Shown one piece after another: positions 37,290 to 49,783 of a DNA stretch of 64,000 nucleotides. Numbering within the stretch: position 1 is the first letter of the stretch; each line of letters starts with the position of its first letter. A program made the translations under genes and the position numbers. The stretch comes from Vicugna vicugna (Eukaryota): NCBI GenBank assembly GCA_013265495.1, contig MU058636.1, positions 3,583,967 through 3,647,966 of the forward strand, read 5' to 3'. Under the pieces are notes generated by a model, which saw only the letters and a list, made by a program, of their open reading frames with translations, searched no databases and had not been told where the DNA came from.

Positions 37290-38295
37290 GATAATTTTTG
37301 TGAAGAATGTAAGTTGTGTCTAGATTTACTTTTTTGCATGTCTATGTCCAGTTGTTCTAACTATTTCTTGAAAAATGAGTTTTTCACCATTGTATTGTCT
37401 TTGCTCCTTGTCAAAGGTCATTTAATTATATTTATGTGGATCTATTTCTGTGCTTTCTATTTTATTCCATTGACCTCTTTGTCTATTCTTTCACCTCAAA
37501 GTAGACAATTTCTTAATTACACAAGTTTTATAGTAAGTGCTGAAGCTGAATAGTGTCGGTCTTCTGATTTTGTTTTTCTCCTTCAATATTAAGTTGGCTA
37601 TTCTGGTACTATTGCCCCTCCTTATAAACTTAGAATTAGTTTGTCAATACCCACATAATAACTTGATGTGATTTTAATTGGGATTGTGTTGAATCTACAG
37701 ATCAAGTTGGGAAGAGCTGACATTTTGATAATATTGAGTCTTCCCCTCCATGAACATGGACTATTTCTCCATTTATTTAGTTCTTTGATTTCATTTATCA
37801 GAGTTTAGTAGTTTTCCTCATATAGGTCTCATACATACTTATTTTGTTAGATTTATACCAAAATATTTCATTTTGGGGGGTGCTAATGTAAATGGCATTG
37901 TGTATTTAGTTCCAAATTCCACTTGCTCATTGCTGTTATATAGGAAAGCAGTTGACCTTTGTATCTTGTATCCTGCAATTTTGGTGTAATCACTTAGTTC
38001 CAGGAGTTTTTTGTTGTTGCTGTTGTTGTCTATTCTTTCACATAGACAGGTACATCATCTACAAACAAAGGCAGTCTATTTTTTTCCTTCCCAAACTGTG
38101 TATCTTTTATTTCCTTTTCTTTTCTTACTGCATTGGCTAAGGCTTTCAGTATAAAGTTGAAAAGGAGTAGTGAGAGAGGGCATCCTTGCTTTTTTCCCCC
38201 TGGCTTTAGCAGTAATGTCAGCTGTAGTGCTTTGTGAATTTTTTTTTATCAAGTTGGGGAAATTTTCCTCTATTCCTAGTTTGCTGAGAATGTGA
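37290..38295 (-). mobile_element. Old L1M ORF2 fragment
   Basis: Antisense ORF2 text (gggattgtgttgaatctacagatcaagttgggaagagctgacatt...ccatgaacatgga). ORF 38076..38315(-) gives LSKLGIEENFPNLIK, an L1 RT-region motif. Confidence 0.8.
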
Positions 38296-39296
38296 TGACA
38301 CTTGAACATGCCCATATACCAGATAACTGAGATTTAGGAGAGGAGCAGAGTCTGCAGCTAGTTTATAAAATTGAGCAAGTGACTGTGAGCTTCAGTTTCT
38401 ATCTTGGTAAAATGGACTAAGTAAGGTAATGCATGTAGAATGCTTAGCAGTGTTCTGGGCAAAAGGTGAGCCCTCAGTAAATGTTAGCTATTAATACTTG
38501 TTCGTGGGTGTGGTTCCAGGCCAAGCATGGCCTTTCCCAGTGCTAGGCTTAAGTAGGACAATTTTATTCTCTATTGGTTTGGAGCAGTTGGTCCCTGTGA
38601 CTTTTGCTTAGGATTAGTTGTGACCTGATTTTGTGAAGCCCTTTCTAACAGATTCCTAATAGAATCAGGCAAACTCCTATCTGGTGACTGATTTGCTCCT
38701 TCTTTGAGCTCATTTGTATTTAGTATCTTCCTTTAATTTCTGGATGCCTTTTTTTTATGTGCTTACTTTCCTTCTTCCGAGATTGAACCGGTAATCCAGT
38801 CTTATATTGGGTGACTTCTGGCTGAAGACAGAAGATGATCTAAGATCAGTAGCTATTTACAACTATTTCCTTGATTATTATCTATAGAAGTAGAAACTAT
38901 TTTTATTGTTGGGGTAGTCCAGGACATCTGGTCACCTTATCTTAGAATCTCAGACAGGTGATTCTACTACCTAACTACTTAAAATAGAGGCCAAAGTAAA
39001 TAGCGGGACAAAGGATATACAATAAGATATTAGTGTACCTGGCTTGCCTTCAGGCAGAATTGCATTTGTATAGGAAGAGTGGGTAATGGAACTTTCTGCC
39101 ACCTGATATTTCTAAACTATTTGAAATGCAAAGCCAGGAGAGCCTCTATTCCATGCACTCCATAGTTTAGTTAATATAAATTCCTTTGTTGAACCTTCAC
39201 CAGTTGAATGGTTATATATGTGTATGTAATTTACTTTACTTTCTAAGTGAAAAACACTACTGAGCTATTAAACATCAAAACTTTTCTTCCTGCTCC

Positions 39297-39912
39297 TTTA
39301 ACATCAATTTTATGGAGGTATAATTTATATACAATACAATTCTCACATCTAAGTGTACAGTTTGACGAGTTTTGACAAATGTGTACATCCATGTAACCAT
39401 CACCAAAATCAAGATGCAAAACACTTCCACCACCCAAAAAGGTTTCCCTTGTGTTCCTTCGTATCTGTAAAAGTAGATAATTAGACTAGGGGACAGACAA
39501 AGTCCTAAACCTCTATGGTTGCAAAATTACTGAGCCTTAGTTTTCATATCTGTAACACTTTATTTATTGTTATTATCTCCGGTCAACATCCAGCCCAGCC
39601 TCAGCTCCAGGCAACACTGATCTGCCTTCTGTCACTGTAGATTCTACCGATCTTTTCTAGAGTTTCGAGTACGTGGAATCACACACTCTTTTGTGTCTGA
39701 TTTCTTTTGCTCAGCATAATGGCTTTGAGTTTCGTCTATGTTGTGTGCATTAGTAGTTTGTTCTTTTTTATTATTGAACAATTCCATTGTAAGGATGTAC
39801 CACAATTTGTTTATTCCCTTCACCTGCTGATGGACATTTGGGTTGTTTCCAGTTTTTAGCTATTTTGAGTAGAGCTGCTACAAACATGACAATGCAGGTC
39901 TTTGTATGGACA
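39297..39912 (-). mobile_element. Old L1 (L1MB/L1MC-like) 3' part; left half of the ERVL host
   Basis: ggtataatttatatacaatacaattc...gtgtacagtttgacgagttttgacaaatgtgtacatccatgtaaccatcacc...ctgatggacatttgggttgtttccagttttt. The text resumes at 41572. Confidence 0.8.
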
Positions 39913-40480
39913 TGTGACTGATTTGTAGTCCACAGAAATTCTGGGGCCTGCCTCTGCTGTGAAATTTCTCAGCAATCCAAAAGTCTGAGCCATGGTGAAT
40001 TATCCTTTCCAAGGTGAAGGACAAGTTCTTACATCTGGCCCCTCCTACCACTAAGAAAGAGTCATAATGCCCACTAGACCTGTTTGGATCTTGGATGTAA
40101 CATATACCCCATTTGGGCATGCTAGTCCAACCCATTCACTGAATAACCTAAAAAGGCACCGGTTTTGAGTGAGACCCAGAGTAAGAGGAGGCCCTGCACA
40201 CAACTTCAGGCTGCTGTACAAGCTGCTCTGTTACTTGAGCCTTAAGACTCTGCTGATACAATGGTGCTTGAAGTATCCGTGGTAGGTAGCTGGTGGTGGT
40301 AGGTAGGCAGGTGCCATCTGGAGCCTTCGGCAGGCTTCTACACGTGAATCCAAGCCTAACTCCTTAGGATGGTGGAACAAAGCTATGTTATCCTCTGAAG
40401 ATAACTATTCTTTTAAGATACACTTGTCTTGCTATTGGTAATAAATGCAGACTCTTCACCATGGACCATCATATTATCTT

Positions 40481-41162
40481 TTATTTTCAGGTTTTTTTTT
40501 TATTGAACTACAGTCAATTACAATGTGTCAATTTCTGGTGTACAGCACAATATCCCAGTTATGCATATACATACATATATTCATTTCCATTTTTTTCATT
40601 AATGGTTATTATAAGATATTAAACATAGTTCCCTGTGCTATACAGAAGAAACTTTTTTTAAGATCTATTTTCATATATAGTGGCTAACATTTGTAAATCT
40701 CAGACTCCCAAATTTATCCCTTCCCACCCCCTTTCCCCAGTAACCATAAGATCATAAGATTGTTTACTATGTCTGCAAGTCTGTTTCTGTTTTGGAGATG
40801 AGTTCATAGTGTCTTTTTTTTTTTTTTTNNNNNNNNNNNNNNNNNNNNNNNNNNNNNNNNNNNNNNNNNNNNNNNNNNNNNNNNNNNNNNNNNNNNNNNN
40901 NNNNNNNNNNNNNNNNTTTTTTTTTTTTCTGATTCCACATATGAGTGATATCATGTGGCATTTTTCTTTCTCTTTCTGGCTTACTTCACTTAGAATGACG
41001 ATTTCTAGGTCCAAACATGTTGGTGCAAATGGCATTATTTTATTCTTTTTATGGCTGAGTAATATGCCATTGTATAAATATACCACAACTTCTTTATCCA
41101 GTCATCTGTCGATGGACATTTAGGTTGCTTCCACGTCTTGGCTGTTGTAAATAGTGCTGCTA
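40481..41162 (-). mobile_element. Younger L1 3' end inserted into the ERVL pol remnant
   Basis: T-tail and L1 3'UTR; ORF 40700..41086(-) is L1-derived. 14-bp TSD CATCATATTATCTT (40467-40480) and CATCATGTTATCTT (41163-41176). Confidence 0.9.
40829..40916. other. Assembly gap (88 N)
   Basis: Run of N flanked by poly-T on both sides. Confidence 0.99.
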
Positions 41163-41320
41163 CATCATGTTATCTTGTTAGCTGAATATTATCACTCACA
41201 CCAGTAGGCTGGGTTTGCAAAGAAGCCACATTCCATCATCAAATAGAAGGGGTATGCATATAAGAGGCTGGGCTCAAGCAGTTCCAGAAGGTACAAACAC
41301 ATTGCATAAGCAAGTAGGCT

Positions 41321-41452
41321 TCAGAGGCAGCGACGCCCTGCCAACAACTTGATCTGGGACTTCTACTCCCCAGAACTATGAGTCAATAAACTTCCGTTGT
41401 TTTAAGGCACCCATTTGTGGTGCTTTGCTATAGTAACCCTGGATACAAATAC
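41321..41452 (+). mobile_element. MLT1-type LTR 3' fragment within the ERVL remnant
   Basis: gccctgccaacaacttgatctgggacttct...ccagaactatgagtcaataaacttccgttgttttaagg...tttgtggtgctttgctatagtaaccctgg...aataca. Confidence 0.7.
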
Positions 41453-41571
41453 ACACATGCACGTAGACTATTTAACAACACAGTTATGTTAGGTCAGATA
41501 CCTATAACACAGCCATCTATATATTTTGTCTGCTAGTGGTTCTGGTTCTCTGTTGAACCCTGATTGATACA

Positions 41572-42380
41572 GGACATTTGTTTTCATTTCTTTTGGAAAA
41601 ACACCTAAGAATTGCCAGGGAATAGTTAAGTGTGTATTTAGCTTTTAAAGAAACTGCCAAACTTTTTCCAAAGTGTTTTTATTAACATTTTGCCATTTTT
41701 ACATTTATCATTTTACACTCTCACCAGCTACAGATTAGAATTCCACTTGCTCCACATCCTTGCTATAATCCTAAGAGCTTTATGGTGGGATCTCGTTGTG
41801 GTTTTACTGTGCATTTCCCTGATGACTAGGGATACTGGGCATCTTTTCATGCACTTATTGGCCATTGGTCTGTCATCTCTTGTGAAATATCTGTTTCAGT
41901 CATTCTCCCATTTTTAAAAGGAGTTGTTTATATTTTTATCATTGACTGAAAATAAGTTCCTTATATATTCTGGATGTAAGTCCTTCATCAGATTTATCTA
42001 TTACAAATACATTCTCCCTGTCTGTGGCTTGCCTTTTTACTTTCTTAATGGTGTCTTTTGAAGTGCAGTTTTCCATTTTGATGAAGTCTAATTTATTGAT
42101 GTTTTTCCTTTTCATAGCTCACTCTTTGTGTCTTATCTAAAAAAATCTCTGCCTTCCTCATAGTCACAAAGACTTTCTCCTATGTTTTCTTCTAGAAGTT
42201 TATAGTTCTAGTTTTTATGTTTAGGTTTAAGGCTCATTTCTAGTTATATTTTGTGTGATTTTGGGGTGGGGTCAAGGTTCATTTTTTCCCCCATATGGAT
42301 ATCCACTTGTTCTAGTACCCCTTGTTGAAAAGGCTTTCCTTTCCTCGTTGAATTATTTGGTCAAAAATCAGCTGAGCTTA
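41572..42380 (-). mobile_element. Old L1; right half of the ERVL host
   Basis: Continues the L1 text interrupted at 39912: ggacatttgttttcatttc...gaaactgccaaact...gcatttccctgatgactag...ttatatattctggatgtaagtcc. Confidence 0.8.
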
Positions 42381-45300
42381 TACGAGCATCACAATTTTTT
42401 ATCTTGTTAGAGTTGAATGTTTCCAAGTCAAGTCATGCCCATTTCTGATCCCATTTCCTTGGATAGTCTATAAGACAAATTAAGCTGATACCTGGGCAAA
42501 GGAAACTATGTCTCACCTCTGTTTTTGTACACAGAACACAGCATGATGTTCTCTGCACTTGAGGGTCACTTGCTTAATTTTCCGGCAAACTCTTAACAGT
42601 ACGCGCTGCCATGTGTTTGTGACAGGAGAGGGAAGAGGCTCTCTGGATGTGCTGTCATGGGTTCTTGCCATCTGTGTGAATGCCTCTGGACTTCTGCTTC
42701 TATTTGTTTCCTTGTGCTGGTAGTGTCAGCCTATAACTTGAGGTTCAAAATAATGGAGGTCATATCTGTACATGTCGTTTTGATTAGTGAAGCATCTAGC
42801 TCAGTGTCCTGAGCATGTGTGGACTTTCAGCAGTAGCCTTGGGGTTGCAGCAAATTCCCTACCCCTCAGTTTCCTCATCTGTATAAGGCATGAGGGCCAG
42901 TCTCTAACTGGCTCAGTTCAATTCAGAACCACAAGCTGTTCATGTAAAGATGGGCCATCTGATTGCGGCCGGGAAGAAGACACAACACTTTAACCAGGCT
43001 GACTTGGTTCTCGTGGAGACTGTCGACACATGACGTCTGGAACAGACTGTGGTCTGATCATTGTTCCTATCACTTATCGGTCTGAATCAGTATTGGTCTG
43101 AATATTCTTTAGATTAACTAAAATTAAAAGGAACTGCTTTGTAACCGCCTCCCATATGTGCCTGTATACCTGGGCTATATCTCTGTGCCTTGTCTAGAGT
43201 TGACCCCCTCACCCCCCAGCCCGGGAGCATTCTGTCCCCCCGGCCTGGGAGCATTCTGTGCCCTCTCCTTCACTCCCAACGTTTGTGTACACAGTTCCTT
43301 GTCCTAATGAATGCTGAGGGCAACCTTGGCCAGAAAGTGAAGGGAAGAGCCCTCCTGAAACAGCAACACGCGACTCGGGTGAGATGAAGAAGGCTGCCTG
43401 AATGGTGTTGCCTGAAGTGGGCCCGTGTTGCTATGGTGATGGAGGCACGTTGATGCCAAGTGGATGAGCAGCTCCCATGGATTTTAACAGCAGCTGGTCA
43501 GTGCCACCGCCTTCCCTGAATTGCTGCCCCCTTGAGTCACTACTTGGCCCCAGCTGTCCTGATCTCTGTTGACAAATGGTTGTCCTTCACAGTCAGACTA
43601 CTAACAGTACTCTAATTAATGAACGTGCTAATTATTCTCCCTCCTCCCGGTACATTTGTCTAAGTAACCTGTCACACACGGATGAGTGCAGCGTCTGCAG
43701 AAGCACCGAGGGCGCTGGGAGCAGGGGTCCTGGAGGAGCCGGGGTGACTTACAGCCCGGGAGCTGTGAGCTTTTTCTGGTTAAATTACCTTTACTAACGG
43801 TCAGGTGTCACAGGAACATATTTCCTGCAAAAAGTAGACATTTCCCTGTCTTTCTTTAAAAAAAAAACAACTCTTTAAGGGGCGGAGCGGCCATTGGTCA
43901 CTTCACTAGCCTCTAGGGGATTACCAAAGGGAGATGCAGAAGGACCAGGAACCCCAAGCCCTGAAAACTATTCCAGAGGCAGCATTCAGGGTGGTTAAAG
44001 ACCCAGACTTTGAAGCTAGACAGGCCTGGGTTTGAATCCCAGGTCTGTTCTTCCTGTGTGTCCTTGGATTTGTGGTTTAACCTCTCTGAACCTCAGTCTC
44101 ATCTTTGGGGCAGTGGGAGAGAGAATTGTCCCCAGAGGGGTGTGTTGAGGAGCAAATGCACAAAGGAGGTCCTCGGATCACAGCTGCTCGGTACCTCGGG
44201 TCTGGGGCTTGGTCTGGCCTGGTTTTGGGTGGGCCAGAGCCGGCAGCGGGCCTGGCAACAGCCTTGTTGGAAATCCGGAATCCAGCCTGGCGGCTGTGCA
44301 CCCCCTCCGCCTCCCCCTCCCCCACGCCCCTGCTGTCCCTCTCTTTTTTTTGTTCTGTCTCAGCAGCTCTCTATTGAGATGAATGGCATTTCCAGAGGCT
44401 TCACCTCTGATAAGTGTTCCTCTGCAGCCGCAGCCAGCATCTTAATGTGTGCGCTGTAATTTAATGGCCATCTCGACTGACGATTAAAATGCTCTCGTCC
44501 TGGGTAAAGTGGACTCGCTTCACCAGCACGTGCATTCCCACCCTGACCAGGCGACTCCGGGAGCTCAGATGTGGGTGTCCCACCAGGGAAGGGGTGCCGT
44601 AGCTGAACCTCCTTTCCCGCGCCTTCTCAGCCTTCTGAAGTGGAGGTGGCTGGGCATCCCCCCACCCCGTTGGCGGGGCTCCTGAGGCTTGAGAAACCAG
44701 CAATAGAGGCTGCATCTTCCGGTCCCCCACATTTCCTGGGAGCTGGCAAGATTTCCACAGGCCTCCTGGGCTGACCATGTAGGATTCCACCGGTGCTGTT
44801 TTCCATGTGCCTGCAGACCCTGGGCACAGCACCATAAAATAAACTCTCACGCCGGAAGGGGATCAGGATGAGCCTTTAAGCTGTCAGGCTGTAGGACAGA
44901 GGAAGTTCTTTAAAACTGGGCATTTTAATCTGGAATTATAAGTCGTGGACAGCCACAGCAAGACAGTAGGCACACCCAGCACTCCCCACCACTCCCCGCA
45001 TCTTTCTTTAGGAAACTGTCCCCCTCAACCGCATGACGACTATGGAACCACCAGTTTCTTTCATTTTCCTGCCATCTGGTTGTCCTAGGAATGGATACCT
45101 GGATATTGTCCTAAGAGTTCGTCGAGAGAAACCAGCCCTTTACAGGTGACAGAGCTGTAAGGTGTAAAACTCCAGAGTTGGAGGTGGACACATTTTCCAC
45201 TGTGTGGAGAAAACTGGTCTGCAGAGAGAACAAGCTATGAGAAAGTTGAGAGAAAGAGAGGCATTGAGAGAGAGAAGCCTGCTTGAGAGGCCCAACCTCA

Positions 45301-46499
45301 TCTCTGCTCTTTTCAATGCCTGGTCGTTCAGTTCCTTAGATTCTTTGAGCCAGTGAATTTCCCTTTTTGCCCAAGCGAGTTTGAGCTAAGTTTCTATTGT
45401 TTGTAGCTGGGGTACTTCTCAAGGGGACTGGCCTTCACTTGTGACGCATTGTCACTGATACATAAGGAGTACTGGAAAGGCTAACTTTATGGGGACCAGA
45501 CTCCTTGTCTGCTGGGACCGAAGCCTTCCCTGGAACTTACAGATGAGGTCTTGTTGAGGTGGATGCACAAGGCTTGCTAGTGCTGAAGTCCTAACTAATC
45601 TCACAATGACTCCCCACTTGGTGAAGTGCCCCCAGGCATTCGGAGAATTCCCAAGAGCATGGAGACCAGCCAGGACCGCCCTTGCTGCTGGCCTCTGAGC
45701 ATCCAAGCTCCTCATGCTGCCTGCATGGACCTCCCTGGGCCTCTTTCACTCAAGCTGGCCTCGGCTGCTCCAGGTGTGAGGCCTGTGTGATCTCTTCCCC
45801 ACGCTGGCCTCTCCCACACTGAGATGCAGCTCCCGCTGCTGCCAAGTATAGTGAGCAATGTTCTCTTTCCAAGTGAGGTTTTGGTAAAGGCCCTCCTTAA
45901 ATTCTGCCAAGTGTTGCTGAGTCTGTAGGAATCTTGCATTTTCGATGTAACTTCCGAGGGATTGCCATTTACACGGAGAAAGCCATCCTGTAAAATGCCA
46001 GGCCACCACCTACCTCGCCCAGCAGGTTCCCACTTACACCTTCTCTCTCTCTCTCCTCTTGTTATGCCAAGAAGATTCCAGGAAAGTGTCTCAGTAATTA
46101 TCTCCAAGAAGCCCGTTACACGGTTTAACAATCCTTCTGGTGCGGAAGTTTTCCTTAGGGGTCACCTGTGACCCCCTTTCTGTTCCTTATTTAAGTTCTG
46201 TGGTTTAGTTTTAATTCTCTCGTTGCTTGTTTCCTGTCTACACGGAGACATCAGCCATCCCCTTAGCATCATTCATTCATTCATTCTTTCATCCAGGCCT
46301 TATTATGTAGCTGCTACTCCGGACTCTGCCATGTGTTAAGGATTTATTTTTTCCCCCGGGAATTCAAGGAACAAAAAAGACAGTACTCCAGAGGCAGATC
46401 TTTTTGGTGCTCTAGAGACAAAAAACAAGTTTCACTTTTTCTTCCTCTCCTGCCCCTCTCCGGAGCCCAGCTTCTCCTGGCAGGACACGCTGAGCCAGG

Positions 46500-46679
46500 G
46501 CACTTTGGTGGTTGGTTTAAAAAAGAGAAAAAGGAGAAGAAGGCGGCTTGTAATTGTGCTGGGACCTTCGGAAATTCTAATGATGAAAGGCAGAGCTCAG
46601 CCCTCACTTCCCCTTTCTGCACAGTGCGGGGCTGGGTGCCACGGAGCGGAGCGGTCCTTGCCAGGAGCCTGAAACAGAC
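46500..46679 (+). promoter_or_regulatory. ALOX5AP: ALOX5AP proximal promoter and 5'UTR
   Basis: Immediately upstream of the ATG. Purine-rich tract at about 46519-46545 and a PU.1-type motif CACTTCCCCTTTC at 46605-46617 (reverse GAAAGGGGAAGTG), consistent with myeloid expression. Confidence 0.7.
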
Positions 46680-46749
46680 ATGGATCAAGAAACCCTGGGC
46701 AACATCGTCCTGCTGGCCATCGTCACCCTCATCAGCGTGGTCCAGAACG
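46680..46749 (+). CDS. ALOX5AP: ALOX5AP (FLAP, MAPEG family) coding exon 1
   Basis: MDQETLGNIVLLAIVTLISVVQN plus G, 70 nt, good Kozak context (GACATGG), donor G|GTGAGG at 46750. Confidence 0.97.
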
Positions 46750-49700
46750 GTGAGGGAAGCCCCTCCCTTGGGGTGGATTTTGTTTCTAGTTGTTTGAAAG
46801 TCAGGCTTACAAACTTGTGTGTGTGCGTGAGTGTGTACACGTTTGTCTTCTCTGTATTTGGATCTTTATTTGAAAATCTAGGGGTGTGTGCATTTCTGTG
46901 TGAATCTGGGATTTTCCCTCCTTCCCAGTCTTTCACTTTAATGGGGATGACTAATCACATCTGTAGAGCCGGGGCAGCAAGCTGGAGGCTGCACCGACAC
47001 CCACACTGAAGCGTCTGCAATCAGCATTTCAGCTGTTAATGACTATGGCCAGAGACTGGCTGGAGGGCAGGAAGCCTGGAGAGGGACCGTCAGATACATG
47101 TCCACCCGGACCCTGGCGTTTACTAAGTGCAGCTGGGCGGACTTCAGTGCACCAGGGGTTACCCATCACCTGTAGGCTAAGAAAAGAGGGAATTCGGATG
47201 GGGTGAGGGGGATTTCACCTTATCATCATCTTACCTCTGTATTGCTTTTTTTTTTCTTTTGTAGAAACATGTTCTTTGTAATACTTTCTCTTCCTCTGGC
47301 AACTTGCAGTTTTGGAAGTATTTTTTGTAGGCGTTATATACTTACAGAGAGCGAGAGCGAGGATGATTTTCTTGTTTGCAAGTTGACAATTCTGTTTGCC
47401 CTGCTGTCACTAAAACAAAGCAAGGTACCTACAGCTGAAAAAGGCAGGACTGGGTCAAACTTTCTCTTAGAAGTTCTGAGTTAGGACTGCCTCAGACTCC
47501 TTTTAATCAGCTTCTCCAGAGTCTTTGCGATTTCCATTTATTGAGAGAGAGAAAAAAGGAGAGAAATTACTAAAGGCAGCTCTGTCCCTTAATGGTAGTT
47601 CCTGAATGTTCACACACTCTCACAGTTTGGAAAACTAGACATGCAATCAATTTAGGATATTCTGATACTTTCCCTCAACTTGAGTGTGGATAGAGGCTGG
47701 CGATGAGCTTTCTGGACACAGACAGAGCAAGGCTTCCCCTGGCTGCCCCACACCAGAGAGGCCCAAGTTTGCACACTCCGAGTATGTCTCCTTTACGGAA
47801 CAAGCCTTGGCAGCTTTCTGATCCGAACATTTTCATACTAAATCTCACACAATAGACTTGCAGCTCAGAGAGGGGTTCCTTGGTCTTGTCAGTTATCAAG
47901 GGATTCATTCATTCAACCTACAGACACCCACAGCAGGGACCCCGCTCTGTCTGGGAAGGGTCCTGCATCCGAGGGGATATAGCAGTGAACAAGGCAGCTC
48001 TGGTTCCTGCCTCCCGAGAAGGAAAGGGCAGTGGGAAAACGTGGGCAGGCAGGTAAGCAGGAAGCCTGCAAGGCCATCCTGGTCCCCGCGGAGGCAGAGG
48101 CTTGAGGGGGTGGGCGGGCACTGCTTGTTCAGCTCTGTGTAGGCTCCCCCACCCCCCGCCTCCCCCCTCATATCCATCTGTTTGGCTGACACGTGTCAGT
48201 GGACAGGAGCCAGTGTCCCCTCAGCCGCTCGTGCAGATGGGACTGAGCAGAAGTTTGAGTCCACTCTGAGCTGCTCCCTCTCAGTTCAGAGCTGAGTAGG
48301 GGAAGCTGTGGGGTCCCGCCTGTGAAAACTGGATCTCTTCACCTCTCCTGAGACACACCAGAACCGGGCCCTGGTCTGTCCAGTGGGCCCTGGGCTTTTC
48401 CGTAGAGGTTCAGCAAACCCTGAGCAGACCCAAGGTGGACAATGAGATTTCTAATTATTTTCGGCAAAGGAGATGAAGTCCTCTTCTTGAGTGTGACAAG
48501 GGGAGGAGAGATGATAGATGGCCATGTGTCTGGGTTTTAACTACAGTGTTTCAGCAGCCGTTTAAGACGGGTGGTGACGGAACGCAGTGGCCTCACCACA
48601 GACTCCCATGCACCGCTGAGGCTTCTCGGTGGGGGAGACAAGTCTGGCCCAGCTTTGGGCTGAGACTTTCCCCCTGGGCAGACAGACGACTAGGGTGTGT
48701 GTATATATCCGTGTTGACAGCATGGCCCCTACATCACGGCCTTTGTCCCTCCCCAGTCCCCCGTGAGCAGGGAGGGCAACATGTGGGCAGAGTGACTTTT
48801 TGCAGAGCTATCCCACCGTGCTCGGAGGAGGGACACACTGCTGCCCTTTGAAAGCCACAGGAGGAGCCCTTGGGTCCCCCTTAAGGGCTTAGGACAAGCC
48901 ACACCCTGCTCTGAGGCAGAGAGCAGGGCTCCTGCGATGCTGAGGTCACCCTGTGAGGACTTTTTGTTTCTAACTGTTAAATGTGCTCATGCAGGGGAGC
49001 AAGAAAAATTCAAATGACTTGGGAGACAACACCTCTGCCTGCTTTAACCATGAGTTTTTAGGCAAACACAAAGGTCCAAATGTAGGTCCAGAACCTCTCT
49101 TTGCAATTCTAATTAACCTCAATGTTGCAATCATAGAGCTACCTTATTGACTGAGTTCAGAAAATATGCAAAAACTGTGCTTTTTCTCTCTCTGGCCCTC
49201 CCCCATACCCCAATTCCATTCCAAACCCTTCCTGTTGGTTTTAAGAACTGTTTACATGTTGTTGCCAGGCACTGCGCACTTTGTCCTAAGACAAGGAAGC
49301 CCAGTCCAGTGTCTGTGCCGGTGTTGGGAGCTCTGCACTCTGTACGTTGTGTGAGCCTGATTCCCCAGGGAGAGGCCAGAGCCCGCCTGCCCGGTGGCAC
49401 TTCCTCCTCTGCCTCCCAAGCCCTCTTTCGTCATCAAGATCTTTGAACTCGTGGCCCGCTTCCAACTTGATCCAGCAAAATGCAGATTTGGAAACACAGA
49501 ACAAGTTTAAAGTACATTGCTCCAAGAAAACTGGACCAGAACTACCAAAGTCCGGTTTCTGAGGGAGAGGAGAAAGGTGCTTTTCCAACAAACAGCACCC
49601 GGAGAGCCTCCCGACCTCTTAGGCCAAGGTGCCAGTAGCTTTGATGTGAAGCAAGCCTGGGAAACACAGACTAGGGGAAAGCGATTTCCACAGGAAGCCA

Positions 49701-49783
49701 CGCTAGTTAGCTTGGGAGGAGAGGGTGAGCTGAGGGGAGGGACCCTGAGCCTCGCCTGCAAGCCTGAATGGTGACGGCAGAGA

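Larger units (their letters stand above)
39913..41571 (+). mobile_element. Internally deleted ERVL/MLT2 provirus remnant with degenerate pol
   Basis: TG...CA ends and 5-bp TSD GGACA (39908-39912 and 41572-41576). Pol-like peptides: SKVKDKFLHLAPPTTKKE (40008-40061), HIPHLGML, QAAVQAALLLEP*DSADTMVLEVSV (from 40207), WNKAMLSSEDNYS, HSIIK and AVPEGTNTLHKQV. MLT2-like 3' end ggttctggttctctgttgaaccctgattgataca. Confidence 0.85.

Noticed and set aside
39925..41320. ERVL pol as a functional or domesticated gene
   Set aside because: Multiple stops and frameshifts plus an L1 insertion.
43212..43259. 24-bp imperfect tandem repeat (CCCCCCAGCCCGGGAGCATTCTGT, two copies)
   Set aside because: Real but diverged, two copies only, with no functional cue.
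46750..47009. Continuation of ORF 46680..47009 past codon 23
   Set aside because: This is intron read-through. FLAP similarity stops at the GT donor and resumes in phase at 52972.
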